Below are positions 1-9,267 of a stretch of DNA of 64,000 nt, piece after piece. Under the pieces are notes generated by a model. It saw only the letters and a list, made by a program, of their open reading frames with translations, was not told where the DNA came from and made no database searches. Source of the DNA: a virus; the IMG/VR virus record IMGVR_UViG_3300024231_000003, positions 1-64,000 of that record; one strand, written 5' to 3'. Made by a program: the position numbers and the translations under genes. The number at the start of each line of letters is the position of its first letter. Positions within the stretch are counted from its first letter, which is position 1.

Positions 1-2
1 GG

Positions 3-434
3 GCTCGTAGAGAACGCAGCTTGGATCAAACTGAACGTGATGCAATTGCAGCAAACGGACTGTTTAATTTAAATGACTTCTTACCTAAGAAGCCAGATGC
101 TGAAGCATTGAATGCTATCTTTGAAAAGTTTGAAGCAAGTGTTGACGGACAGCTTTATGACCCAGAACGATTTGCAACATTTTATCGTCCATATGGTATT
201 GATGCACCATCAAATACTGGAAACTCAGTACCTGCACCATCAGCTATTAATCCAGCACCAGCTACTCCTGCTCCAGTGGCAGCTCCAGCTACTCCTGCTC
301 CAGTGGCAGAAACAGCTCCAGCGGCAGCTCCAGCAGCAGCTCCAGAGGCAGTAGCGGCTCCAACAGCAACAGATGAAGCACAACCAAGTGCTAATGATAT
401 TCTTGCAATGATCCGTCAACGCAAAGACGCTTAA
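3..434 (+). CDS. C-terminal part of gp32-like single-stranded DNA-binding protein (truncated by window start)
   Basis: Frame open from the window edge (ARRERSLDQ...GLFNLNDFLPKKP...FEASVDGQLYDPERF); Pro/Ala linker; directly upstream of uvsX as in T4-like phages. Confidence 0.7.
   Translation, partial: ARRERSLDQTERDAIAANGLFNLNDFLPKKPDAEALNAIFEKFEASVDGQLYDPERFATFYRPYGIDAPSNTGNSVPAPSAINPAPATPAPVAAPATPAPVAETAPAAAPAAAPEAVAAPTATDEAQPSANDILAMIRQRKDA
258..311 (+). repeat. 2 x 27-bp tandem repeat encoding PATPAPVA(A/E) linker
   Basis: ccagctactcctgctccagtggcag(ct/aa) occurs at 258-284 and 285-311. Confidence 0.9.
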
Positions 435-447
435 CATAGCTTTTAAT

Positions 448-480
448 GGAGACGGCAAGAGTCGTCTCCTAACTTTTAAT
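448..480 (+). terminator. Stem-loop after SSB gene (terminator or processing/stability hairpin)
   Basis: GGAGACGGC-AAGA-GTCGTCTCC followed by a T-rich tract. Confidence 0.55.
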
Positions 481-493
481 TTTGGAGATATAT

Positions 494-1612
494 ATGTCAA
501 CTAAACCATTTGATATAAGCAAATTCCGCAAAAGTATTACTAAAGCGGTACCCGGACTAAGTGTCGGGTTTAATGATCCAGATACGTGGATCTCAACAGG
601 CAATTACACACTAAACAAATTAATCAGCGGAGACTTTACTAAAGGTATTCCACTTGGCAAAGTAACAGTACTTGCCGGTGAAAGTGGCGCAGGTAAAAGT
701 TATATTGCCGCAGGTAACATTGTTAAAGCAGCACAAGAACAAGGCATTTTTGTAGTACTAATTGACTCTGAGAATGCACTTGATGCAAGTTGGCTACATG
801 CACTAGATGTAGACACAGATGAAAGCAAGCTACTAAAACTTAATATGTCAATGATTGATGACGTTGCTCGTACTGTAAGTGACTTCATGAAAGACTATAA
901 ATCAGAATATGCCGACAAGGAAAAAGAAGAACGTCCTAAGGTATTATTTGTAGTAGATTCTTTGGGTATGTTACTAACACCAACAGACGTTAAGCAGTTT
1001 GAATCTGGTGACATGAAAGGTGATTTAGGTCGTAAGCCTAAAGCTTTAACTGCATTGGTAAGAAACACAGTAAACATGTTTGGTGAATTTAATGTTGGTA
1101 TGTTGTGTACAAATCACACATATGCATCACAAGATATGTTTGATCCAGATGATAAGATCTCAGGTGGCCAAGGCTTCATCTATGCATCAAGTATTGTTAT
1201 TGCAATGCGTAAACTTAAACTAAAAGTAGATGCTGATGGAAATAAAACATCACAAGTACATGGCATTCGTGCAGCATGTAAAGTAATGAAATCTCGTTAT
1301 GCTAAACCGTTTGAAAGTGTACAAGTAGAAATTCCATACGAAACTGGTATGAGTCCATATAGTGGCCTTGTAGAGTTTTTGGAAGCAAAAGATTTACTCA
1401 AGAAGAGTGGTAATAGCTTAGAATATATTAGCCCTGTAACAGGCGAAGTAATTAAGATGTTCCGCAAACCTTGGAATGCTAATAAAGATGGCTACTTAGA
1501 TCTTGTCATGGCAGAATACGATGAAGAGCTTGTAGAAGCTATTATAGACGAAGATGTGGATACAGACGAGATTGTAGCGACAACAGAAAGGGTATCAGAT
1601 AATGGTGCTTAA
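494..1612 (+). CDS. uvsX: RecA-like recombinase UvsX
   Basis: Walker A GESGAGKS, IDSENALD, VVDSLG, NHTY, SGGQG motifs; GGAG RBS before ATG 494. Confidence 0.95.
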   Translation: MSTKPFDISKFRKSITKAVPGLSVGFNDPDTWISTGNYTLNKLISGDFTKGIPLGKVTVLAGESGAGKSYIAAGNIVKAAQEQGIFVVLIDSENALDASWLHALDVDTDESKLLKLNMSMIDDVARTVSDFMKDYKSEYADKEKEERPKVLFVVDSLGMLLTPTDVKQFESGDMKGDLGRKPKALTALVRNTVNMFGEFNVGMLCTNHTYASQDMFDPDDKISGGQGFIYASSIVIAMRKLKLKVDADGNKTSQVHGIRAACKVMKSRYAKPFESVQVEIPYETGMSPYSGLVEFLEAKDLLKKSGNSLEYISPVTGEVIKMFRKPWNANKDGYLDLVMAEYDEELVEAIIDEDVDTDEIVATTERVSDNGA

Positions 1613-1868
1613 CGATAGTGATTTTGAATTTGTTTTTGCAATGTATGATAGTGCAATTAGATTGCTATCAGATAAAGACAAGCCAGCAATGGCACAAGAA
1701 ACAATTCGTCATATGATTGAGTCTGGAGTAGATATTCGACTATCAGCACCTGAAATATCTGATCATTGTGAAATGCTTGAAGATGCAATTACTGAGTATT
1801 TGGAAGGCGAAGAAGAAGATGGATATGAATCTGAATTTGAATATGAAGATGAGGAATATGATTACTAA
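1602..1868 (+). CDS. Hypothetical protein with acidic C-terminus
   Basis: 88 aa ORF coupled between uvsX and uvsY. Confidence 0.7.
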   Translation: MVLNDSDFEFVFAMYDSAIRLLSDKDKPAMAQETIRHMIESGVDIRLSAPEISDHCEMLEDAITEYLEGEEEDGYESEFEYEDEEYDY

Positions 1869-2326
1869 TGAGTGTATGGTATCGTAAAGTATCTAGTAAC
1901 TTAGGAGAAATAGTTAACGCTGTTTCTCACTTTGAACGGGAAATTGATAGTGCTAGATTTGAATGTAGCATGAAAGGTGTACTTGAGAAACAAAGTCGAG
2001 ATATGCCTGGTATTGTTGAACATCGCTTTAATCAACTACAGGAAGTTGAGGCAATTCTTGAACATTTGAATACTGAAATGCGTAGATTACGTAGTAAGAC
2101 CTTCCGTAAGTTTTTAGAAAACTATAATAAAGCACTTAGTTCTCGTGATGCAGATAAATTTGTTGACGGTGAAGACGAAGTAGTAAATTTACAATACCTA
2201 ATTAATGAGTTTAGCTTAGTAAGAAATAAATTTATTGGTATAATTAAAGCACTTGAAGCAAAGCAATTTCAGATTAACAATGTAGTTAAATTACGTGCTG
2301 CAGGGTTAGAAGATATCACATTATAA
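1868..2326 (+). CDS. uvsY: UvsY-like recombination mediator
   Basis: 152 aa helical protein, ENYNKALSSRDADKFVDGE...IKALEAKQFQINNVVKLR pattern; position after uvsX. Confidence 0.75.
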   Translation: MSVWYRKVSSNLGEIVNAVSHFEREIDSARFECSMKGVLEKQSRDMPGIVEHRFNQLQEVEAILEHLNTEMRRLRSKTFRKFLENYNKALSSRDADKFVDGEDEVVNLQYLINEFSLVRNKFIGIIKALEAKQFQINNVVKLRAAGLEDITL

Positions 2327-2347
2327 GTAAAAAATGTTAAACCATTG

Positions 2348-2377
2348 AAAGCGAACGATTTATTTGTTCGCTTTTTT
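2348..2377 (+). terminator. Rho-independent terminator
   Basis: AAAGCGAACGA-TTTAT-TTGTTCGCTTT followed by more T. Confidence 0.75.
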
Positions 2378-2378
2378 C

Positions 2379-2407
2379 TTGACTATTGTATTTTTATCTG
2401 CTAGAAA
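2379..2407 (+). promoter_or_regulatory. Sigma70-type early promoter
   Basis: TTGACT-17 bp-TAGAAA with TGn extension; -10 imperfect. Confidence 0.5.
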
Positions 2408-2436
2408 TACATAAGTTAGATAAAAGGATATTAGTT

Positions 2437-3129
2437 ATGGTTACAAATTATACTGCTCTCGACGCTGTTGCATTTTCAATTGAAGTGTACAATAGACAGG
2501 GATTTATAAAAAGTGGTGGTGGCTATTCTAAACAAGTTATTAGTAAAGATGGCAATAATATTATTGAAGAAGTTGAAGATAACAAGACAGTTATTAATAA
2601 TATGATGAATGCAAATTCTCAACCTAATAGCGATCATTTAAAGCAAGCCCAAATCTTAATAGACAAGATTAATGGAAAATTAATGTTAAAGAAGATGACT
2701 AATACTTTAAGCAGTTTTGAAGATAACATGATTAAAGTACTAAATGAAGATCTTAGTAAGTTTGCAGTTTCAATAATAGCAAGTATGCCACACAGTATGG
2801 TGATTGACAAAAAACGTCAAGAGTTGGCTGAACGACTTGCAACAATCAAGCATCACAGTAATTTTTACGGACGCATAGGCACTCGTTATGAAATGGAAGC
2901 TGAAGTAATTGATACTAAATTTATACAAAAGGCATCAATTTACATGATTACTACTTTAGTAAAAACAGACCTAGTTAAATTTTGGTGGAAGGACCAGCCT
3001 GACATTAGTGATATTATTGATGGAAAAACAATTTCTATTCGAGGTACAGTTAAAAGTCACGGTATTAACAGATTTAATGATGCTAAAGAAACTATGCTTA
3101 ATAGGGTAAAAATTGCTTTGACTAAATAA
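2437..3129 (+). CDS. Hypothetical protein (possible C-terminal OB-fold)
   Basis: AAGGA RBS before ATG 2437; C-terminal beta-rich GKTISIRGTVKSH...ETMLNRVK. Confidence 0.65.
   Translation: MVTNYTALDAVAFSIEVYNRQGFIKSGGGYSKQVISKDGNNIIEEVEDNKTVINNMMNANSQPNSDHLKQAQILIDKINGKLMLKKMTNTLSSFEDNMIKVLNEDLSKFAVSIIASMPHSMVIDKKRQELAERLATIKHHSNFYGRIGTRYEMEAEVIDTKFIQKASIYMITTLVKTDLVKFWWKDQPDISDIIDGKTISIRGTVKSHGINRFNDAKETMLNRVKIALTK
3123..3128 (+). promoter_or_regulatory. T4-late-type promoter core (TAAATA), 5 nt before ATG
   Basis: TAAATA-N5-ATG, a geometry that recurs at least 6 times in the window. Confidence 0.6.
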
Positions 3130-3133
3130 TAGT

Positions 3134-4201
3134 ATGGCAAAATTTAATAAACTTGAAAAAATAGAATTAGAGCTCACTGGAGATTGCAACGCAGCGTGTC
3201 CATTATGTTCTAGAACGCAAGCTAATATTCCACTACGTGGAAATGGAAATCATACATTAGACGATATTAAGCATGCATTCACTGATATGTTGCCATTCCC
3301 AGAAGAGTTTGAAGTAGCACTATATGGTGCAAGTGGCGATCCTATATTAAATCCAGAGTGTTATGAGATTGTTAAGTGGTTTGTGGACAATGGTGCAGAT
3401 ATCGTTATTTTAAGTACAAATGGTGGATACCAAACTGTTGAATGGTGGGAAAAGATGGCAGCTCTCACCAACACTAGAGTAAAATGGGCAGTAGACGGCG
3501 GACCTGAAACAAATCATATATATCGAGTAAATGTAGTATGGAATACTGTAATGCGCAATATGGAAGCATTCATGAACGCAGGTGGTAAAGGATCATGGGT
3601 TTTTATTCCTTTTGACCATAACATGGATGACTTTGATTTTGCTAGGTCTACCGCAGACAGATTGGGTATGAATTTTGAATCTAAAACTAGTGGAAGAAAT
3701 GCTTTACATAAAGGTTCGCAAGTTAAAAAGTCAAAATCTAAAAAAGATACAACTACAGTTAAATTGCAAGAAGTAGAAGATAAAGAATACAATCATGAAG
3801 ATTTGTCAGAGCTTAGAGAAATACGCCGTCAACAAGATAGAAGAATTGAAGGCAAAAAATTTAATAACGAAGTATTAATAAAAGCCGCCACAACAGTAAA
3901 ATGTAAAGCAATCGATAATCAAGAAGTTTATGTAAGTAATAAATTTGAACTATACCCATGTTGTCACTTACATGATGATATTGATTTTACTCGTGTATAT
4001 GACTTTGGAAAAGATATGCCCAAAGGATGGAATGATATGAGAAAACATTCTATTAATGATATAATGAAATCTGCTCCATTTTCTGAACTAGAAGATAGAT
4101 GGAATCCTGATCACAAATTACACGTTCCTAGATGTGTGTCAACATGTGGAAGTAATGCAGCATATACTCCAAATACAAAATTATTAGATAAAAAATCGTA
4201 A
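3134..4201 (+). CDS. Radical SAM protein with C-terminal SPASM/twitch-like Cys cluster
   Basis: CNAACPLC (CxxxCxxC), GDP, STNG; C-terminal C...PCC...CVSTC. Confidence 0.9.
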   Translation: MAKFNKLEKIELELTGDCNAACPLCSRTQANIPLRGNGNHTLDDIKHAFTDMLPFPEEFEVALYGASGDPILNPECYEIVKWFVDNGADIVILSTNGGYQTVEWWEKMAALTNTRVKWAVDGGPETNHIYRVNVVWNTVMRNMEAFMNAGGKGSWVFIPFDHNMDDFDFARSTADRLGMNFESKTSGRNALHKGSQVKKSKSKKDTTTVKLQEVEDKEYNHEDLSELREIRRQQDRRIEGKKFNNEVLIKAATTVKCKAIDNQEVYVSNKFELYPCCHLHDDIDFTRVYDFGKDMPKGWNDMRKHSINDIMKSAPFSELEDRWNPDHKLHVPRCVSTCGSNAAYTPNTKLLDKKS

Positions 4202-4239
4202 GCTATTGATTTCATTGAAAATATGAATTCACTATTTGC

Positions 4240-4268
4240 TTGACATGTGGTATTAATTAATGTAATGT
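4240..4268 (+). promoter_or_regulatory. Sigma70-type early promoter
   Basis: TTGACA-17 bp-TAATGT. Confidence 0.65.
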
Positions 4269-4303
4269 GTACAAGTAAGTTAAAAATGTTTAGGAGAATA
4301 TCA

Positions 4304-5164
4304 ATGGCTACTTCAATGCAACTTAAAAAGACTCGTGCTAAAAAAGCTACTAAAATTTTAGAAGTAGTAAAGTCTGTATCTGAAAATCCAAATGAAACAG
4401 ATGCAGAAATTGTAGAACGTATGCGTGAGCGGTTTTCAATCTTAGATGATATGACACAAGCCTCAATTGATGGTGTTGTTCGTGGTATGGTTGTAACAGG
4501 TCCTCCAGGCGTAGGTAAAAGCTTTGGTGTAGAAGCAGTGTTAGAAAAAAATAGCCTGTTCGATGTAATGGCAGGAAATAAATTACGTTTTGATGTTATC
4601 AAAGGCGCCAGCTCTGCAATTGGTCTTTATAAAGTATTATACCAGAATGCAGATAAGAATAACGTACTAGTACTAGATGACTGTGATACAGTATTGTATG
4701 ACGAGACATCACTTAACTTACTTAAAGCTGCACTAGACTCTAGCAAGAAGCGTAAAATTAGTTGGAATACAGATAGTGCATTGCTAAGACGTGAAGGTAT
4801 TCCAGATACCTTTGAATTTAGAGGTAGTGTTATTTTTATTACCAACTTAAAGTTTGATAATGTGCGTGGTAAGATTAAGGATCATTTAGATGCTATTATG
4901 TCACGCTGTCACTATTTAGATCTTACTATGGATACAATGCGAGAAAAAGTTCTACGTTGTAAACAAATTGTTGCAGATGGTATGCTTAATGAATATCAGT
5001 TTACACAAGAAGAGCAAGATGACTTAATGGACTTCATGTTTGATAACAAAGAAAAGATGCGTGAAATTAGTTTACGTATGGTTACCAAACTTGCAGATCT
5101 AAAACAATCAATGGGTACTAAGTGGAAACGTACTGCTGAAGTAACATGTATGCGAAGGGTTTAA
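4304..5164 (+). CDS. AAA+/P-loop ATPase
   Basis: Walker A GPPGVGKS, Walker B VLVLDDCD, IFITN sensor, AIMSR arginine finger; AGGAG RBS. Confidence 0.85.
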   Translation: MATSMQLKKTRAKKATKILEVVKSVSENPNETDAEIVERMRERFSILDDMTQASIDGVVRGMVVTGPPGVGKSFGVEAVLEKNSLFDVMAGNKLRFDVIKGASSAIGLYKVLYQNADKNNVLVLDDCDTVLYDETSLNLLKAALDSSKKRKISWNTDSALLRREGIPDTFEFRGSVIFITNLKFDNVRGKIKDHLDAIMSRCHYLDLTMDTMREKVLRCKQIVADGMLNEYQFTQEEQDDLMDFMFDNKEKMREISLRMVTKLADLKQSMGTKWKRTAEVTCMRRV

Positions 5165-5167
5165 AAA

Positions 5168-5503
5168 TTGGAATTTTTAATTAAAGCAATCATTGGCGGC
5201 ATTATTGTCGCCAGTGTTGTTAGCGCAGCGCAGCGAGGCAATCCTACAATAGGTGCACTTATACTGGGTATACCATTAGGTACTATTATTAGTTTAGTGT
5301 TTATGCATTATGGAGGCGGTATTGAGCCTGCAACATTTGCAAAACTAGCCAAAGAGACTGTTTATTTTGTAGTTATTAGTTTAGTATTTTTTCCTATATT
5401 TTCATATATGATTATACACTATAACTTTTGGATAACAATATCTACAGCTATTGGTGTAACTCTAGTTTGTCTATATGTTCTATTATTATATCTTAAGAGT
5501 TGA
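5168..5503 (+). CDS. Small multi-pass membrane protein
   Basis: 111 aa with about four hydrophobic segments; TTG start. Confidence 0.7.
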   Translation: MEFLIKAIIGGIIVASVVSAAQRGNPTIGALILGIPLGTIISLVFMHYGGGIEPATFAKLAKETVYFVVISLVFFPIFSYMIIHYNFWITISTAIGVTLVCLYVLLLYLKS

Positions 5504-5885
5504 TAATCCCGCCACCTATTGTTTCTAAATTGTTTTCACGATCTAGATACTTGTGTTCTACTTTAACAGGATCCCATACTTTGATATGGTCTAATACATG
5601 TTCTGGATCAAATGGTCCGCATGTATAAACATCTAATTGTATAAGTGCAGGAGAAACATCGTTCCATACATGGCATGCCATATGACTAGTTTCAATAATA
5701 ACGGCACATGTTGGTCCATTATTTCCAGGCATATAATCAATATTGCCGCTAATAGGACCAGCAAGTATTTTCATGTCAATTTTATCAACTAAGGATACCA
5801 TCCATTCACGTAACTCTTCTTCTGTTGGAGGCAAGTTTGCCTCAATTCTCAATATAATGTGTTTGTGTACTAATTCTGTACTCAT
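5493..5885 (-). CDS. speD: S-adenosylmethionine decarboxylase proenzyme
   Basis: IIETSHMACHVW (cleavage/pyruvoyl region) and LDVYTCG motifs; AAGGAG RBS. Confidence 0.85.
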   Translation of the reverse strand: MSTELVHKHIILRIEANLPPTEEELREWMVSLVDKIDMKILAGPISGNIDYMPGNNGPTCAVIIETSHMACHVWNDVSPALIQLDVYTCGPFDPEHVLDHIKVWDPVKVEHKYLDRENNLETIGGGIINS

Positions 5886-5926
5886 TGTAATAACTCCTTG
5901 TAGTTATAACTATATTTATATTTAAC

Positions 5927-5955
5927 TTGACTATAACCCAAAAGTAAGCTATTAT
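5927..5955 (+). promoter_or_regulatory. Sigma70-type promoter; predicted start site coincides with uvsW ATG
   Basis: TTGACT-17 bp-TATTAT; ATG at 5962, no RBS. Confidence 0.7.
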
Positions 5956-5961
5956 TATATT

Positions 5962-7413
5962 ATGAAATGTAAAATTATCATTAAAGATGAAGTCAATTGT
6001 AAAATTGAAGGTGTGGAACTCTCCACAAGAAAAAAAATGGAAAAAGAACTAAAGTTCTTTATGCCATATGCATACCATGTGCCTTCCTATAAGCTAGGGA
6101 GATGGGATGGTTGTGTAAGCTATTTTAGTATTGGTGGAGCTACATATGTAAACTTGTTAGATAAACTTCTACCAATACTTATTAATGATAAGTACCAAAT
6201 TGAGATAGAGGATTTACGAGATCCTCATGATATGAAATTTACTGCCTGTAACGAAACGACATTCCAACATAAAGTATGGCCAGAGAAACACCCAGTAGCA
6301 GGACAGCCTGTTACGTTGCGTGACTATCAGATTGATATTGTAAATAAGTTTTTAGAAACCCCACATTGTTTGCAAGAAATTGCAACAGGTGCAGGGAAGA
6401 CACTTATAACAGCAGCATTAAGTAATACTATTGAGCCTTATGGTCGTAGTATTGTTATTGTTCCTAACAAGGACTTAGTGCGCCAAACAGAAGCTGATTA
6501 TATTAATCTAGGTCTCGATGTAGGGGTATATTATGGTGATAAAAAAGATATAGGAAAAACTCATACTATATGTACATGGCAAAGTTTAAACAGTATTAAA
6601 AAACGTTTTCGTGATGGATTAAGTGACTTTGGATTAGCTGATTTTGCAGACGGCGTAGTATGTGTTATTGTTGATGAAGTACACCAAGCTAAAGCAGATG
6701 TATTAAAAGAAATGTTAACCAAAGATTTTGCACGAGTTCCATTAAGATGGGGATTGACTGGAACTGTACCAAAAGCTGATCATGAATTTGTGAGTTTACA
6801 GGCATGTCTTGGAGAAGTAGTTAACAAACTAAGTGCAAGTACATTACAAAATGAAGGTGTTTTAAGTCAGTGCCATGTTAATGTAGTACAAATGAAAGAG
6901 CATGTCGAGTATAGTAACTATCAAAGTGAATTATCATATCTTACTACTGATGCTAAACGTATAGAATATATAAGCAGTGTTATTAAGTCGATTTCGCTAA
7001 GTGGCAACACACTTGTACTTGTTGACCGTATCAAAGGCGGACATTTGATATGCGAAAATATTCCAGAAGCACAATTCGTTAGTGGAGAAATGAAAAGTAT
7101 AGATCGTAAAGACGCATATGACGATATTAATGAAGGAACAAATGAAATTGTAGTAGCAACATATGGAGTTGCAGCAGTTGGTATTAATATTCCACGTATT
7201 TTTAACCTAGTATTACTTGAACCAGGTAAAAGTTTTGTTAGAGTTATTCAAAGTATTGGTCGTGGAATACGTAAAGCTGAAGATAAGGATAATGTTCAAA
7301 TATGGGATATTACTAGTTCAGCAAAATATAGCAAAAAACACTTAACAGAGCGTAAGAAATTTTATAAGGAAGCAAATTATCCTTTTACTATTGAAAAAGT
7401 AGATTGGGAGTAA
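5962..7413 (+). CDS. uvsW: UvsW-like SF2 DNA helicase
   Basis: LRDYQ, ATGAGKT, DEVH, TGT, QSIGRGIR motifs; N-terminal WDG motif. Confidence 0.92.
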   Translation: MKCKIIIKDEVNCKIEGVELSTRKKMEKELKFFMPYAYHVPSYKLGRWDGCVSYFSIGGATYVNLLDKLLPILINDKYQIEIEDLRDPHDMKFTACNETTFQHKVWPEKHPVAGQPVTLRDYQIDIVNKFLETPHCLQEIATGAGKTLITAALSNTIEPYGRSIVIVPNKDLVRQTEADYINLGLDVGVYYGDKKDIGKTHTICTWQSLNSIKKRFRDGLSDFGLADFADGVVCVIVDEVHQAKADVLKEMLTKDFARVPLRWGLTGTVPKADHEFVSLQACLGEVVNKLSASTLQNEGVLSQCHVNVVQMKEHVEYSNYQSELSYLTTDAKRIEYISSVIKSISLSGNTLVLVDRIKGGHLICENIPEAQFVSGEMKSIDRKDAYDDINEGTNEIVVATYGVAAVGINIPRIFNLVLLEPGKSFVRVIQSIGRGIRKAEDKDNVQIWDITSSAKYSKKHLTERKKFYKEANYPFTIEKVDWE

Positions 7414-7421
7414 GGAAAAAA

Positions 7422-7922
7422 ATGAAGATTTTAACAGTAGATAACGACACATACGACTTAGGGGAGATACCTGAAACCATAGATGATTTACGATATGGGG
7501 TACTTGACTATTCTAATCAACAAAATGTTGATTACTACTTTATACCATTGGTATTTTTAGAAAGCTTTTATGCACCAGCAGCAGTTTTGCAAATTGGACA
7601 GTATACAATTAATATGCCATTAGATTGGAGTGTAGTAATTTGTGACCCTAGCGTTGGTGATCCTGAGGTAATAAGTTTAATGAGTCTAAATGATAGAGGA
7701 TTTCATGCATTTGCATTTAATCCAATAACAGGATTTACTCCACAATTTCTTGATGTAGCTATTACTAACATTTATACAGATGTAAAATGGTATGCACCTA
7801 AATTAAAGTTTGGACATTTGTTATGTATACCTCTACATGATGGACCTAATGCTCCTTGTGTATTATTTGTTAAAGATGCAAACAAGCTACCTGAGGTATT
7901 AGATATTGGAGAACTTTGGTAG
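7422..7922 (+). CDS. Hypothetical phage protein
   Basis: AAGGA RBS, in operon after uvsW. Confidence 0.75.
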   Translation: MKILTVDNDTYDLGEIPETIDDLRYGVLDYSNQQNVDYYFIPLVFLESFYAPAAVLQIGQYTINMPLDWSVVICDPSVGDPEVISLMSLNDRGFHAFAFNPITGFTPQFLDVAITNIYTDVKWYAPKLKFGHLLCIPLHDGPNAPCVLFVKDANKLPEVLDIGELW

Positions 7923-7926
7923 TCAT

Positions 7927-8136
7927 ATGAGTGGACAGCGTAGATTTCTAAAAATATGGGCTAGGACTGTTGGTATGCCAATTGGCGTTACTGATGAAGA
8001 CAAGCCTGAGTTTCTTCCTATATCTCAAACAGATGTAAAACGTGCATTACTTTTTAGAACTTTCTGGATTGTCTTGCATATATTAACATGTTGTGCTATT
8101 ATAGCAGGTAACGGAAGAACATTAGGAGCATGGTAA
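7927..8136 (+). CDS. Small membrane protein
   Basis: C-terminal hydrophobic helix; fills the gap between coupled genes. Confidence 0.6.
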   Translation: MSGQRRFLKIWARTVGMPIGVTDEDKPEFLPISQTDVKRALLFRTFWIVLHILTCCAIIAGNGRTLGAW

Positions 8137-8137
8137 A

Positions 8138-8593
8138 ATGAGCAAGTTAAACATTAAAGAAGAGATGCGAGCTATTGATGCAAAAGACCGCGGATGGTAT
8201 GACAGTTTAACAGCAGAAGAAAAGAAGAAGCTAAGTCCTTGGCTACTAATGCGATATACTAGCAATGCAAGTGATAGTATGTTTACTGAGCATTACTTAG
8301 AGTGGACTAATGAAGTAGTAAATGTATATTTTAATGCATTACGAAAACACCCACAACTACAATGGCAGTTATTGCAGTTAGTAGGACTAGGTAAGCCAAC
8401 ATTTCATCCGTGGATACAGCCTGGAAAAGCACAGAAAAAGAATAAACTAGCAACATGGGTATCAGAGAATTACCCTTCTTTCAATGACGATGAGATTGAT
8501 ATTTTTGTGTCACAACGCTCAAAGCCAGAATGGACAGAGTTGTTTGAAGAATATGGTATGGATAAGAAACAAATTAAAGAACTGTTAAAATAA
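8138..8593 (+). CDS. Putative clamp-loader small subunit (gp62-like)
   Basis: Size and PWLLMRYTS...NEVVN...QWQLL...HPWI...K-rich pattern resemble gp62; replication context. Confidence 0.45.
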   Translation: MSKLNIKEEMRAIDAKDRGWYDSLTAEEKKKLSPWLLMRYTSNASDSMFTEHYLEWTNEVVNVYFNALRKHPQLQWQLLQLVGLGKPTFHPWIQPGKAQKKNKLATWVSENYPSFNDDEIDIFVSQRSKPEWTELFEEYGMDKKQIKELLK

Positions 8594-9267
8594 TGTACAA
8601 GTGCGAATATTGTAAAAAGTCCTTTAAGAAAGAATCTACATTAGCCGTACATCGTTGTGAAAAGAAGCGCAGACATTTACAACAAAGCGAAAAGCATGTG
8701 CAACTTGGATTTAGAGCTTATCAATTATTTTATGTTATTGGTACTAATAGCAAGAAAGAAAAAACATATCAGGACTTTGCTGAAAGCCAGTATTATACAG
8801 CATTTGTAAAATATGGCAATTATTGTATTGATCTTAGAATTGATGATGTTCCTAGTTTAACTAAATGGCTACTTACTAATAGTATTAGAATTGACAGATG
8901 GACAAGCGATAGAGAATACGCAAAATGGACTAAAGAACGCCAAAAGACAGAAAGTGTCGATAGAGCAATTGAGCGTAGTATTATGTTTTTACAAGAATGG
9001 GCTGCACAAAATAATACAGTTTGGAATTCTTATTTTGATATCATTCCTGAAAATACTGCAACGTTCCATATATGTAATGGAAAGATAAGTCCATGGGTAG
9101 TTTTTGCAAGTAACAAGGCACAGGAAATGTTGGATAGAATGAATCCAGAACAGATAAAATTAATTGTAGATTATGTTGATATTGATTATTGGCAAAAGCT
9201 ATTTCATAAAAATCCTGATGATTTTAATTGGGTACAAAAATTATTAAAAGAAGCAAACATGGCATGA
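8593..9267 (+). CDS. Zinc-finger protein
   Basis: N-terminal YKCEYCKKSFKKESTLAVHRC (C2H2/C2HC-like finger). Confidence 0.75.
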   Translation: MYKCEYCKKSFKKESTLAVHRCEKKRRHLQQSEKHVQLGFRAYQLFYVIGTNSKKEKTYQDFAESQYYTAFVKYGNYCIDLRIDDVPSLTKWLLTNSIRIDRWTSDREYAKWTKERQKTESVDRAIERSIMFLQEWAAQNNTVWNSYFDIIPENTATFHICNGKISPWVVFASNKAQEMLDRMNPEQIKLIVDYVDIDYWQKLFHKNPDDFNWVQKLLKEANMA

